A stretch of DNA of 64,000 nucleotides from Eledone cirrhosa (GCA_964016885.1 OZ024742.1:336350001-336414000), one strand, 5' to 3'. Counted from the first letter of the stretch, positions 26,098-40,597 are shown. Notes: generated from the sequence alone by a model not told the origin. Made by a program: numbers and translations.

Positions 26098-26930
26098 AAT
26101 AGGATTTCGCTTCAAGCATAGCTTTATACAATATGTATAAATATTTTGTATCTCCAAAGAAATACGGTTTTAGGAAGCCGTAGCTATGCAAACACCGGGG
26201 GGCTAACGCCCTTTGGTCATGTCCAGCAGAAGCAAGGGAGACAACCGCCTATGCATTTCTGGTTTAACTGTATATATATATATCCGTCTGTAACTCTTTA
26301 AGCTGGATGGGTTGATCGTTGATTAGCAACATGATTCTCTGGCTGGGTATTGGCTAGCTGGCTGGATCCGAACAGATGTTCTGAAAGATGGTCTGAGACG
26401 AAATCACGACATACTAACTGGCAACAATCAGATTTGTAACCAGATTTATGAGGCATTGAACTCTTGTAAATGATTTCACGCCTGTTTCTATTTATAGCTG
26501 ATATAATTTAATTAGACGTTTGCTAATTAGTGTTGCCTGGCAACAGCCCCGTTTCTATGGTTCCAAAAGAAAAATACAGAAAACAAAATTCAAGTAAATA
26601 CGAAAGAGAAAAACGCAGGATTATAGAAAAATAAGAATAAAATACAACAAAAAAATAACGAAAGCCACAAATTAATATTGATCTTCTAGAAATGAGATTA
26701 TTATTATTATTATTATTATTATTGGCGACCTACGTAGTAAATCGTATCAACGTGAGCTCCGCAAAGGTTTGTTATTTCCGTTTGTTAAAAATTGTCATTT
26801 ATGGAAAATTTTATTGTTAACTGTTTATAAGCGCACATACATTGTTTTCCGAAAAGGACACCCAAAAAGATTGGGGCCTTGTGCCCAAAATTTAAACTTT
26901 TATTATTATCAAAAAATTTCTTTGAAGAAA

Positions 26931-28932
26931 ATGGCTAATTCACCTCTGCAACAAGCAGCTGAAAGCCTTCCTCACAAATTAACACCTCACACCGACACCA
27001 CCATTGTAAATGTTACTACTTTTGCCAACACAAAAAAAAATATAAGCAGTAGCAATATTTTTAATTTGTCTCAGGCAGACATTCATTTCCCGCCATTACC
27101 AATGACTGCAGGTGTTAAAGCCTCCACCACCACCACCACCGCGACAACCACCACCCCCACCACCACCGCGACAACAGAAACAAAAGAAGAAAAAAATAAA
27201 TTAACTCGTGATGTCGAAATGAAATCAAGCAAAATGGACTCTTCCGCACCAAAGAATACTGACGTCACCACCACCACAACTGAAACTAAAATTAATATTA
27301 ACACAAATAACGATAGCAACAACAACAACAATGACATTATAAAACCGACCCTCAGTTTCGCCATAGTAGCAAAACAGTTCGAAGCACTCACGGTAACTCA
27401 GGAGGATTTAGAAAATGCCAAACAAATGGTAAAGAAAGATGGGTACAGGGTCAGCCCCCCCCCCCCCCCCCCCACCTAATAAAATGGAGCATCGGCGCCT
27501 ATGCACCGTGTCGTATAGAACAATAAATGTAAAATCGCGCCGAGTGGAACGGGCATCCGAGTCCCAAATCCAAAAAGCTTTGGGACATGTGTGGGCAAGA
27601 AAAACCCACATCAGACGTGGGCAAAAGTATGGAACCGTGGATGTGTTCTTTGAAACACCAGAGGAGGCTAGAGAACACTCCATGGCCCCATTAAAAAGTG
27701 ACGACTTCACACTCGTCCCAAGCTATTGTGGCCAGAGACTCGTAAAGATCAGGGTGACCCACGTTCCACCCGCCATCGAAATTCCCTGGCTAATAGCGGC
27801 TGTCCTCACCGGCATCGAAGCCAATACGAAAATAATAGCAATAGCAAAAGAAAAGCAGGAAAACTGGTCCGGATCTGGGATGGAGCTCCTGATCCAAGCG
27901 GACCAAAAAAGCATTGAGGAGATCCCAGAGGTAATAGACCTCACTGACGGCAGCCACCTCACGGTAATTGTCGAGGGCAGAAGACCTAGGTGTGTCGTTT
28001 GTGGTGAAGGAACCCACCTAAGGGCTTTCTGCCCTCAGGCTAAAAGGTTGAGGCCACCTCTCCTACCCACCCCAGTGACACAACCATCAACACCACCAGT
28101 AGCAGAGATGGCAGCAACAACTGTAGCAGCAACAACAGAAGCAACTATAACAGCAACAACCCCAGCAACAGTAGCAAAACCAACACCACTACCACCACCA
28201 GCAAAACCAACACCACCACCACCCAACGCTTCAGAACTAGCACCAGCGCCTACACCATCCACCACACCACAACCAAAACTAACGGCTGTGGAGGATTTTC
28301 CACTCCCCGGCCTATCACAACTGCAGACAGATTGTGACGCCGAGGAGTGGGAAACGATATCCGGAAAAAAAAAAAGAAACCAAAAAAGAAAAAATTCTCT
28401 TCCTTCCCCCTCCAAAAACAAAATACAGGGGGAAACAAATAAATTAAGAAACAAAAAAGTTAGGACAGATATGCCACCATCCACACCAGCATCACCAACC
28501 CCATCAACCCAAACACCAACACCATCACCATCATTAACCCCAGCACCACCATCACCTACACCACAAAAGTCACCAAAATGCGAAACAGAAACAAACCCAC
28601 AACAAACGCAAACAAAACAAAACAACCAAAACGATACACACTACACAGCATTTAATTTGAACAACAAGCAATTATTACACTACATCCAACACAACACCAG
28701 CATCACAGAAAAAGACTACACAACAACCCAAAAGTTCACACCACCTCCACACATACAAATCACTCGCATCACACAGAAAACGTACATGACACTAAAACAA
28801 AAATTCCCCAAAGACATCGAAGACTTCCGACAAGCACTCTCCAGGAGGATTTATAAGGACATCCTTCCTGAGGAGGCCACAAGCAGTGAAAAGGATGGAA
28901 AAACCGTCCTTCCCCTACGAGAAGTAAGGTAA
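26931..28932 (+). CDS. Tx1-type ORF1 (gag-like nucleic-acid-binding protein) with one frameshift at the poly-C run ~27455-27475
   Basis: ORFs 26769-27479 (ATG 26931) and 27439-28932 join at a C homopolymer. CCHC zinc knuckle CVVCGEGTHLRAFC, Pro/Thr-rich tail, and basic KKKRNQKRK segment. Confidence 0.8.
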
Positions 28933-28966
28933 GTGGTCTTTCCCATCTTTTCCACTCCTTTTCAAC

Positions 28967-31900
28967 ATGACCTCACTCAGAATAGGCAGCATAAATGCGC
29001 GTGGCTTGGGGTCGTCATGGAAGCAGGGCCACCTGCTCAACGACCTCAGGTCACTAAACATAGATGTAGTGGCCATCAGCGAGACCAGAATCTCCGAAGC
29101 ACAGGCTTTCGCACCGATCTTCGGCGGCTACGATGTGTACGCATCTCCCAGCCGTCCGGGATCGGGGGGAGGAGTTGCTGTGCTTTTTCGGAGAGGTTTG
29201 GATCTTGCCATACGGGCCATCTTCCTGGACCCAGAAGGTAAGTTGGTGGTGCTGGACGTGACCAGCGGAGACGGGCAAGCTTTCAGGTTAGTGGCCGTCT
29301 ATGCCCCGACAGGAGCAGGGCGGCCTGATTTCTTCCGGCGTCTGGAGACCTTTCTTGGAACGTCCCGCTCTTTAGTGTTAGTGGGCGACTGGAACGGGAT
29401 CTTAGATGCACGCTGGGATTGTGTGGGATTAGTGGATAGGGAAGGAGGGTGCAAGAGTCTCACCAACCTGCTCAGACGTTTTGAACTGTCTGACAGGTAC
29501 CGAATGGATTTCCCGAATGTACCAATGTGGACTTGGACAAATCGCATAGGGTCATCCAGATCATATCTAGATAGAGTATTTTGTAGGGAAATAGATAGGT
29601 CTAGCATAGGCTGTCCACAATTCAAGATAGTCAGCTACACGGACCACAAATTCGTGATCTGTGTGCTTGACTTAGATAGGCTTCATAGACGAGGACCCGG
29701 CTACTGGAAGCTAAACGCGTCCTTACCAGCGCGCAAGGCCTACAGAGACCGGATTAGCGAACTAGTTAAGCGGGCGTTGACGGGGGCCATCGTCAACAAC
29801 AAGTGGTGGTTTGCTCTGAAAAGAGCAATTAGAATAGAGTCCATTAGGTTTAGTAAGACTTTAGCAATAGAGAAAAATAGAGCAGGGGGAGAATTAGTTA
29901 GAAAATTAGATGAGGCGCTTAGCAAAGGCATCGCGACCGACGTACTTGCGGCGAAATTGGCCCTTGACCAATTCTTCAATGCAAAGCACGAAGGCTGCGT
30001 TGTCAGAGCTAGGGTGCGTGCTCTCAGACACGAGGGGACGAAAGCCATTCAATGGGCCCGAGTGGCGGAGGCGCGTCGTGGCAACAAAGCCACGATCCGG
30101 TCTTTGGTGGACCATGACGGGCGCATGCTACTCGATCCCGGGCAAATGTGTGAAGCTTTTCAGCGACACTTCGCTCAACTGTTCGGGGGCAGTGGTGGGC
30201 CGGATCGAGGGGTGGACTTTAGTGTCTACCTCGACGGACTGCCGCGCCTTTCGGCCACTGAGGCGGAGTGTTGCGAAAAGCCGATAACAACCGCTGAAGT
30301 ACGGGATGCAATGACTAGTTGCACAAGGGGTAAATCGCCTGGTTTAGATGGTCTGCCCTATGAACTTTACGTACAAATGCCAAACTTGTTCGGAGGCCTC
30401 TTGGCGGACGTCTACTGCAACTGGCAACAGAACGGGAGAATTCCCAGCTCTGTGAGCCGAGGAGCGGTGGCGCTGCTGAGAAAGGATCCGAACAAGGGGG
30501 ATAACATAGATAATTTTAGGCCCATAACTCTGCTAAACACAGAGTTCAAGATTTTGGCCAAGGTGCTAGCAAAGAGGTTGGCGCTTGTCGTTGGTGGTCT
30601 GGTGGGAGAGGCACAGACATGCGCCATTCCCGACAGATCCATCCACGACAACCTCCACCTCATGCGATACATCGTAGAGAGGGTAGCTAGGGAACCTGGC
30701 ACGGGTGGGTCTTTGATCAATTTAGATCAGTCGAAAGCCTTCGATAGGGTCGACCATCGTTACCTAGCGGCAGTCCGGAGGGCGGCTGGCTTTGGGCCCG
30801 TCTTCATAGGCTGGATCGCTGCCATGCACAGCGACATCTGCTCTGTAGGGAGAGTGAACGGTCACCTTTCCGAACCGTTCAACATCATGCGCTCGGTCCG
30901 CCAAGGATGTCCCCTCTCGTCCCTATTGTACGTATTGACTCTCGAGCCATTACTGCACAAACTGGAGACGTTGAGGGGGGGTCCCGCGCGAACTAGGATG
31001 TGGAAGATCCGTGTCAGCATATGCCGACGATGTCACCGTAGTGGTGTCGAACGCCAAACACATCGAGGCGATCGGCACTACACTAAGAGAATACGAAGCG
31101 GTAACAGGAGCAATGATCAACCAGGAAAATTCAGTGGGCCTGCAGCTCGTCACCTGGAGAGGCAGGTCCATGCCGTCCAACAGCGTCGTCGGGCGCTGGA
31201 CGGACGGACCGGTTAAATTGCTAGGGGTCTGGTTCGGTCCAGACCTCCAGACGAACAAAAACTGGGACGAGGTGACGAGCAGGGTGGCTTCTCTCACCCA
31301 GAAATGGGCCGAGAGGAAGCTATCCCTGAAAGGTCGAGCGGAGGTGGCGAATGCGTACATCGCATCCGTCATCTACTACCGCCTGACCGTCGTACCTTGT
31401 CCTAAGCCCCGCCTGACTGCGCTGGAGCGTTTGCTCTTTCGCTTCTTGTGGAAGGGACGCGCTCCGATGGTCAGGCGGTCCATCTGCTGTCATCACCCGC
31501 TACGTGGAGGGCTGGGAATGGCGTGGCTGATGATGCGCAGACACGCGCTCAGGCTACGACATCTCCACCTCTTCCTCGACGGTGATCAGGTGTGGTCGCC
31601 GTTTGCTAGGCACGTTTTTCCCCAGCTCGTCTCCTTGACAGAGCTGCAGTCCTGGGTCAAGCGAAGACCGAGAGGGAGCGCTTGGAGACTGGAATGTCTT
31701 CAGGCGCTCACAGCCCTCGACCAATCGGGCAATGTGATCGGTGGAAACTCCACCTTGGCGTTCTATAGGGGATTAGTGGAGGGGAAGAGCGACGACGTAC
31801 TTGGAGAAACTCTAGGCGTCGACGAAAATCAACTAGCCAATCTCTTCGGAAGGACTTTCGGGCCGGGGCCTATGGACAACTTCCAGAAATCCCTGGCCTG

Positions 31901-32387
31901 GCAGTGCTACCGAGGAGCTTTGCCAGTTCGGGATAAACTCTACAGGCATGGAGGTGCCGTCAGCCGGGCATGTCCGAGATGCGCTCAGGGCGACGAAACC
32001 GTCCTGCACGCACTCGTCCAGTGTCCGAGCATTGCTGACTTGTGGGTTTATGTCGAACACCTGCTGTCACGTGTAGGACGGATCCAGCTATCAGCTGAGT
32101 CCATCGTGAGGATTGCCCCGCCCCCTTCCTTTAGCCGGGAAGGGCAGGCAGTTTTTATCTGTCTGGTGGCCATGGCGAAAGAGATAGTATGGTGGACACG
32201 TTTGAAAGGGCTGAAGACGAGCACTTACCTCTTCGGTGATGCCCTGATTAACTTTTTCAAATTTCATCTGAAAAGGAAAATCAGGGTAGAGAGTGAAGTG
32301 CTCTCTTCCCAGCATTTTGTTGAAAGATGGGTGAGAGAAGCAAGTATGGCCCGAATGAATGGGCCTTCTCTGAGTATGTGTCTGTAA
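28967..32387 (+). CDS. Tx1 ORF2: APE endonuclease + reverse transcriptase + C-terminal zinc-binding domain, with one frameshift near the G run ~30975-30990
   Basis: APE motifs SINARGL, AISET, VYAP, VGDWN, SYLDR, YTDH. RT motifs KSPGLDG, NFRPITLLN, DQSKAFDRVDH, VRQGCPLS, YADD (next frame, 31011-32387). C-terminal CPRCAQGDETVLHALVQC. Confidence 0.9.
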
Positions 32388-32709
32388 ATTAAAGGTGGAA
32401 AACTGGGAGAGGGCACTTGCCCTGGTGGTCAGGGCCACTGTGGTCTTTTAATGGGCCTTCTCCACAAATGTCCCTCCGAAGTCTCCCCCCTATTGGGGAA
32501 TTTTTCTTTGTTATTTTATTTCATCCTCTGTTTTTTTTACACGCAGAAATGCCCATTTGTACCGTCCTGTATTGTCCTGTACTGTCCTTAATGTCTACTT
32601 TATGTAAACCCTTGTGGTTAATAAAGAAAACATTATTATTATTATTTTTCTTTTTCTTTTTCTTTTTCTTTTTCTTTTTCTTTTTCTTTTTCTTTTTTGC
32701 TTTCTACTA

Positions 32710-32766
<57 letters not shown>

Positions 32767-33179
32767 ATGTGATGCAAATACGTTCCCTGTCCTCACTCGA
32801 GGGGACGTATTAAGAGTCAATGCTTGAGGTGGATGGGAAGCATATCTAGCACCGCCACCTGTATAGGACGCCAGCATCTTGTAGATATAACATTCACCGA
32901 TATATATATATACGTGTGTGGGTGTATGTGTACTTGCATACACATACACCCACACACGCACATACACATAGACAAATGGCAGGGCCGTTAGAGCGCATGG
33001 TATTTGTTCCTTTTCTCTGTGTTCTGTTTTCAAATCACGCCGGGATCCACTTTGCCTTTCATCCTTTCTCGCTCGATGAAGAAAACACTTGCCCAGTGTT
33101 GGTGGAGCACTCTATCTTCCCAGCTCTAACATCTTCGATGTTCTGCTAGATTAAATGACGGGGGATCGCAAGGGTGTCT

Positions 33180-34254
33180 TTAACCGTTAAGATAATTAGT
33201 TCGGCAGGGTCACCAATTTAACAGTTAAGATTGTGTTGTTGTTAGTAGCGCCACAAATGACCAGTTCTGTAGAAAGATGTGGTAAGAACATCGACAACGA
33301 CTTTGGCTTGTTTTACATTATTTATTAACAAGGTTGAGCTATGTAGAGCTGAGTAGAGCAGGCATGCCAAGAGTTATAAAACAAACGAATTAAGGATTTC
33401 AGAAGGCACGGTCCACTGGCTGAAGTGTTGCCAGGCCGTGGTTAAGTTGTTGTGTTACATGTTGGCTAGTGATTTCACGACGAAAGAAAGTTAGTTGTTT
33501 ACCTTTTCACAGTCAGGATGCGAGAGGCAGATTTCTCAAATCAAAGCGGGAATTTTTCTCTCGGGGCGCGTAGAGATACATTCTCTTCTACTGGCGCTGA
33601 TTGGCTGAGCTGAGCCAAATCACGCACAGAGAATGTATGTGAGCCCGCGGAATGTAGGTCACTACAATACTCCCCCTCTAGTCGTAAGACGATACAGATT
33701 ATTGAATCAGCAGGAACAAATGCTGAAAGAGCACATCAGTGAAAAAATAATTGAGCAGAAGGATGCATGCAAGAAATCAAATGAGGCGCTAAGGTCAAAT
33801 GACTAGCTGTTTTGTAGTTTATACGTGACCACGCAGGGTCTAACAGAAAACGGATAAAGTCTAACATGGGCGAAGTTGCTGTTCTTGCATTAAATGTTAA
33901 TGGTAAGTGCTGTACCAGTAGCTGTGGGTGAAGCTGTTATGGTAGTTTACCAGTGCTGGCGAGAAAATGTCCGCCTCCCAGATGTATTGCCGAAAGTGCT
34001 AGGCAGTCAGGAAAAAATGGCTGGTTGCTTTGAAAAGAAAAAAGCAAGTTGAATCTGTAGGTGGGTAGTAGTTGAAATGTAAATTCGATAATTCTGGCGA
34101 ATCCATAGAATGGTGGAAATGCTGACAGATCCAGTTCCATTTGTTGTTTTCCCAGTGAGTTGGGTAAGGTAACAAGATGGAGGTTGTTATGGACGATGAG
34201 ATGCGAAACTGTATGTGAGAATGTATGTGAGCCCGCGGAATGTAGGTCATTACA
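33180..34254 (-). mobile_element. LTR-retrotransposon (Gypsy-like) remnant with PPT-LTR-PBS in inside-out order
   Basis: 5-bp TSD TGTCT (33175-33179 and 34255-34259). 38-bp LTR start repeated at 33629-33666 and 34217-34254. PPT AGAGGGGGAGTA next to 33666. PBS-like TGGTGACCC at 33207-33215 (-). Confidence 0.6.
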
Positions 34255-35178
34255 TGTCTATGTCAGCTCGCCACTCTGTGGACACCTAAAACCCCTCGCG
34301 AAAGCATGGTAATTACTACCAAGTCACACATGATTGTGAGTGTCGACTGTAGTTGTGTGTGTGTGCGTGTGTGAGTGTGTGCATAAGTGTGTGTATGTGA
34401 TAACGTTACATGTTTATGTATGCAGTATAGGAGTAACCGAGACTACGAAAATGCGTACACAAATTGCCACATTTTTAGAATATAAACACGCCAAATATAC
34501 GTACTTCCCTGTAAATCGATTTCGAAAGTATTTGGGGCCTCCTTACAAAATATGTGTCTCAACGAAACTACCACAAGGAAATAGGTAACCAAGGGAGATT
34601 TTGTACACTATCACTTATAGTAATATTCTAAATTGGACGTACTAATTTGCATTTTATTAGCGCTCCTGGTGGTAGCTAATTAAGCAGCCGAAGTATACGT
34701 TAACCGTGCCAAATATACGTATTTTCCTGTAAATTGAAAACCAGAGATTTAATGATTGCGAAGCAAACATCTTAATCATTCGGCCATACAGCATCAACAT
34801 CAGAGAAAACATTGTCTAATAGTCATTCATTAAAGCAGTATGGTGGACTTTTGATGGCGCCTAGATTAGTGGTTATTGTGTTCCGCTCATGGTCGTATGA
34901 TCGTGAGCTTGATTCTCGGCGGCGTGTTGTGTCCTTTCATCTTGCCGCAGTCGATTCATCTGTGACTTAAAGAGTCTGAAGTACAAGTGTCTCTGTTAAA
35001 AATGTTTGTGTAAACACCAACCACGTGCACGTTAATGTCACGAGAAAACTGTTGATCGTATCAACTCGAACACAGATCGACTAAACCGACGAAGATCAAA
35101 CATATATAGTATGGTTTAAGAGATAATTCTCAGGTCAAACGATTGCGTTGAAGCTCGCACTCTCGGTGGCTTCTTTAC

Positions 35179-35239
<61 letters not shown>

Positions 35240-35403
35240 ATAATCATATAAATAACTGTAAACATTTGATCATTAAAAAATAAGAATCATCAGATAATTT
35301 TTTTTAAAATAATTTTTCAACTATATTTTACTCTACCAAGGATTTCTTTTATTCTTACCCCCTTTCTCTCTCTCTCTCACTCTCTCTTTCTCTCTCTCTC
35401 TCC

Positions 35404-35461
<58 letters not shown>

Positions 35462-35480
35462 CCATCTATCTATCTATCTA

Positions 35481-37633
35481 TTTCAGGCCTATAACTCTGC
35501 TAAATACAGAGTTACAGATTTTGGCCAAGGTGCTAGCAAAGAGGTTGGCGCTTGTCGTGGGCAACCTGGTGGGAGATGCGCAGACATGTGCTATCCCGTC
35601 CAGGTCCATCCACGATAACCTCCACCTCATGCGATACATCATAGAGAGGGTTGGGAACGAACCCGGCTTTGGTGGGGCCCTGATCAACTTGGATCAATCT
35701 AAGGCATTCGATAGGGTCGACCATGGTTACCTGGATGCGGTGCTAGCGTCGGCAGGCTTCGGACCCGTTTTCAGGGGCTGGATCAATGCCATGCACAGCA
35801 GCCGCATCTGCTCTAGGGTCAAGGTGAACGGCTACCTCTCGGAGCCGTTCGAAATCGCGCGGTCCATCCGACAGGGGTGCCCTCTCTCCTCCCTTCTGTA
35901 TGTAGTGACTCTAGAGCCACTGCTGCGGAAGTTGGAGTTGTTGCAGGGCATCCCGTTGGAACCGGGATTGCGGAAAGCGGTGTCAGCCTACGCCGATGAC
36001 GTAACAGTAATGGTGTCGACGGCCTCGGAAATCGGGGCGATCGGCACCTTACTGGAGGAGTACGAAAAGTTTACAGGGGCTAAGCTGAACCGGGACAAGT
36101 CGATCGGTCTGCAACTCGGCACGTGGAGGGGCAGATCGATGCCCTCCGATGGCGTCGTCGGGCGCTGGACGGAGGGCCCGGTGAAATTGCTCGGGGTCTG
36201 GTTCGGACCAGACCTCCAGGTGGAGAAGAACTGGGGTGAGGTGACGAGCAGGGTGTTTGCACTGACCCAGAAGTGGGCCGAGTGCAAACTGTCCCTGAAA
36301 GGTCGGGCGGAGGTGGCGAACACTTATATAGCGTCCGTCATCTACTACCGCCTGACCGTGGTGCCTTGCCCAAGGGAAACGCTCGCCAAAATGGAGCGCG
36401 CACTCTTCCAATTCCTTTGGAAGAAGCGGGCTCCTATGGTGAGGAGATCCATCTGCTGTCAACACCCTTCGAAAGAAGGGCTGGGGGTGCCGTGGCTGAT
36501 GATACGTAAACACGCATTAAGGCTACGGCACCTTCAGGTATTCCTCTCCGGTCAACCGGTGTGGGCCCCGTTTGTGAGGCGAGCCTTTCCCAGACTCGTC
36601 TCACTCACCGAGCTGCAATCCTGGGTCAAGCAAAGACCGAGAAAACTGGGCGCCTGGCACACCGAGTGTGCCCAGGCGCTCACGGCTCTCTGGCAGGCGG
36701 ACCCGGCTGTCAGTGGAGAATCCACTTCGTCATTCTATAGAGGGCTGGTGGTTAGCAGGTGCGACGACGCCCTCAGAGAAGCCCTAGGCATGGAGGAAGA
36801 CGAACTGGCCAACCTGTTCGGTAGGACATTCAGCCCGGGACCCATGGATAACTTCCAGAGGTCCCTGGCCTGGCAATGCTACAGAAGGGCTCTGCCCGTT
36901 CGAGAAAGGCTCTACAGACACGGGCGCCCGGGTAGGGACCCATCGAAAAAGTCTGTCCCAGATGCGTGTGCGACGAGGAAACCGTTGCACACGCATTGGT
37001 ACACTGCTCGGGCATTGCCGATCTGTGGGGCTATGTCGAACAACTGCTGTCAAGGGTGGGACCGATCCGGTTGACCACCGAGTCTATTGTAACGATCAAG
37101 CCGCCTCTCCTCTTCAAAAACGAAGGAGAAGCGGTGTTTCTGTGCGTAATAGCCATGGCGAAAGAGGTTGTATGGTGGACGCGTCTGAAAGGACTGAGGT
37201 CAGACACCTTTCTCTCTGGCCAACAACTGGTCCGTTTCTTCCGATATCATTTCGGAAGAAGGATCAGGATGGAGAGAGAGGTGCTGCACCCCAGCCGTTT
37301 CTATGAAAGATGGGTGAAAGTGGCGAGAATGGCCCGTGTGAATGGGCCTTCACTCTACATCAGACTATAGGTGAGGAAAATGAAAGACCAAGGGAGCACC
37401 CCTTCTCTGTGCTCCTGAGGAGAAGGGTTGCGCACTTTTTTCGGGGGTGTGTGCGACCCCCTAAGGCGCCTCCTCTCTATTGAGGACTTTGTTAAAAATT
37501 TTATTTTTTGTTATATTTTATTTTATTTTTATATATTGTTATTGCCTCCTCCTTATTGAGGACGCCTTGTTTTGTAAACTCCCCCCATTGTACTTGTCCC
37601 ACTGTTGATGCCCTGGTGGCAAATAAAAGAAAC
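35481..37633 (+). mobile_element. 5'-truncated Tx1-clade LINE (diverged relative of the 26.7 kb element); ORF2 RT and C-terminus with a frameshift ~36960
   Basis: Starts within RT (FRPITLLN). Has DQSKAFDRVDH, RQGCPLS, YADD and C..DEETVAHALVHC. Ends AATAAAAGAAAC. (CTAT)n on both sides. Confidence 0.92.
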
Positions 37634-38989
37634 ATATCTATCTATCTATATCTCTCGCCCGCCCTCTGTGAATAGTGGTCGTTACTTGGACAGGGAAATG
37701 TTAGTGTTGTGAGTTTGAGGTTGCCCTTAGTAGTTTGTGTGACACTCCATTTATCTTTAAACTATCACACAATGTTGGAATAAAACAATATTCTTTATCT
37801 CGAATATTCTTTATCAGATTGAAGGCTCTGTGGTATTCGTTCCGGCTGGCTCTCTGAATTCATATACCACCGAGTTTAGCCTCAGCTTTCATCCTAGCAA
37901 ATGTACTGAAGTTGATTCTCTACTTTATCTCGTTTTCTGACCACGAGCTAAGCTCGATAATACTAAAAGCAGTACACAAGGCGTTAACACTCTGAATGCC
38001 CCAAACACACAAATGATCATGCAAAGAAACAATTATACACAAACATACATACTTACATTGATACACATATCCACACGCACCTACTAATACCCTCATATAC
38101 ATACACAACATCCTAAACACACACACACAAATACAGATACAGACACAGGCAATAATACGCAAACACAAACAATATCATATCTCACCCTTACACACGCTCT
38201 CTTACACATACACGCATACACACGCACACACAAACATACACACAGACATACAGACACATACAATGTTTTCAATGTTTTAAACACAAACCCGACCCCAGAC
38301 ATGTAAACACCAACACAACACTCACACACATACACACACACTCACACATATACACACCCACTCTATCTCCCTATCGTCCACACACACTCAAACCTATTAA
38401 CGACTTCACACAAACAAACACTCGCAAACACACACACACTCTCTCTCCTTCTCTCTCTCCTTCTCACACACATACACACACACACTCTCTCTCCTTCTCT
38501 CTCTCTCTCACACATACACACACACACTCACACATACACACACACTCTCTCTCTCACACACACACTCAAACCTATTAACAACTTCACACAAACAAACACT
38601 CATACACACACACACACTCTCTCTCTCTCTCTCCCCATCTCTCTCTCTCCCTCACACACACATACACATACACACACACAGACACACACACACAGACACA
38701 TACACACACATACACAGACACACAGACACACACGCACACACCAACACAACTGTTGTAATCACTTATCTAAAGAGACCGTTTATTGAAAAGATGCTATTTT
38801 AGTTCAATCTAGACATATTTGAATGCCAACTTCTACACTAAACCCCACCGCCACTACCTCCCTCCACCACCTCACTCCCATCCTCCGACTATTTTCTTTC
38901 TTTCTTTCCTTCTTACTCATTTTTATTCCACTTTCACTATTGTCCTTTCCTTCCATTTTGTCTTTCTTTCCTTCCTTCTTTCAGTCCAT

Positions 38990-39028
38990 ATTTCTCATGT
39001 CCATTCTACTTTCGCTTTCAAGATTCTA

Positions 39029-39112
<84 letters not shown>

Positions 39113-39161
39113 GCCTTCTTTCTTTCTCTCTCTCTCCCTTTTTCTTTCTTTCTTTCTTTCT

Positions 39162-39229
<68 letters not shown>

Positions 39230-39466
39230 TCCTTCTGTCTTTCTTTCATTCATTCATTCATTCATTTCTATGCTACTTCCATTTTCACTATTCTCTTTCC
39301 CTTTCTTTCTTCCTGTCGTTCACATTTATTATACTTCTGTTTATACTCTTCCCTTTCGCCCCTCTTTCATTTCTCTTTCTTTCTTTCTATATTTCTTTCT
39401 TTCTTTCTTTCTATCTTTCTTCCTTTCTCATTTCCATTCTAATCTCACTATACTTTTTTCATTTTT

Positions 39467-39553
<87 letters not shown>

Positions 39554-39591
39554 CATTTCCATTCTAATCTCACTATACTTTTTTCATTTTT

Positions 39592-39659
<68 letters not shown>

Positions 39660-39773
39660 TCCTCCCATTTCACTGAGTTCATTTTCAAAAAGTGTGACTG
39701 AAATAGCAAATGTAAACACATGGTAGCAAAACAATGAAATAAACAAATAAATAAATAAATAAATGAATACAAA

Positions 39774-39837
<64 letters not shown>

Positions 39838-40156
39838 GCAATATAACAACAATAATGATAATAATGTGAAAATGGATATATTTATAAATGAATAAATGAA
39901 TATTTGTAACCATTCCAACATCATATTTTGAGGAGATTCACAACAGAGTGGTGTTGGAATGAAGATGATGAGGAAACAGGGAGGAGAGGGGTGAGGAGAA
40001 GGAGGAGGATGGTAATGGTGTTGATGATGATGATAACGACGATTACAACAACAATGATGACGACGACGACAATGTTGATGATGGTGATGGTGGTGGTGAT
40101 TACGATTATGATGATGATGGTGGTGATTATAATGATGATGGTGATGATGGTGATGG

Positions 40157-40206
<50 letters not shown>

Positions 40207-40210
40207 GTAG
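38990..40210. repeat. Compound microsatellite block (CT)n/(CTTT)n/(TAA)n/(GAT)n
   Basis: Read directly from the sequence. Confidence 0.95.
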
Positions 40211-40597
40211 TGGCGGGGTGGTGTTGGTGTGAATGCTAATTATAACATGATATCCTTAATTGCCACAGTGACGGGAACATAATTACAAAATTAGAAGATG
40301 TCACAATTCAAATAGAGCGGAGTTAATACTTGACTTTTTAAAAATGTATTTGGCTGGTACTTTATTTTATCAAATCTGACGGGATATAAACGTGGGATTC
40401 CATTTGATCACCATACAGAGAGGTGGGGAGGGCGAGGATAGTAGGGGTTCGGCTCTTCACGTTCGGACCATATCCTTGTGGTTGTGTTCATTATCTATAG
40501 AGTTCATGTATTGAGTAATAAACAAATAGTACTGCAAACCATTTCACCCAATGTTCTGACGATTCTGCGAATCCAGCGGCTCCTGCCTAGTGTCAGT

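Larger units (their letters stand above)
26724..32631 (+). mobile_element. Full-length Tx1/L1-clade non-LTR retrotransposon (5'UTR, ORF1, ORF2, 3'UTR)
   Basis: Two-ORF layout. Begins immediately after an (ATT)n tract and ends AATAAAGAAAAC followed by (ATT)n. Higher GC than the flanks. ORF2 has APE, RT and a C-terminal Cys/His motif. Confidence 0.93.

Noticed and set aside
26376-26415. CTGAAAGATGGTCTGAGACGAAATC, hammerhead-like
   Set aside because: The core has an extra base and stems I and III do not pair acceptably.
27083-32438. Antisense and alternate-frame ORFs over the LINEs (also 60086-63375)
   Set aside because: They are shadow ORFs of GC-richer coding sequence.
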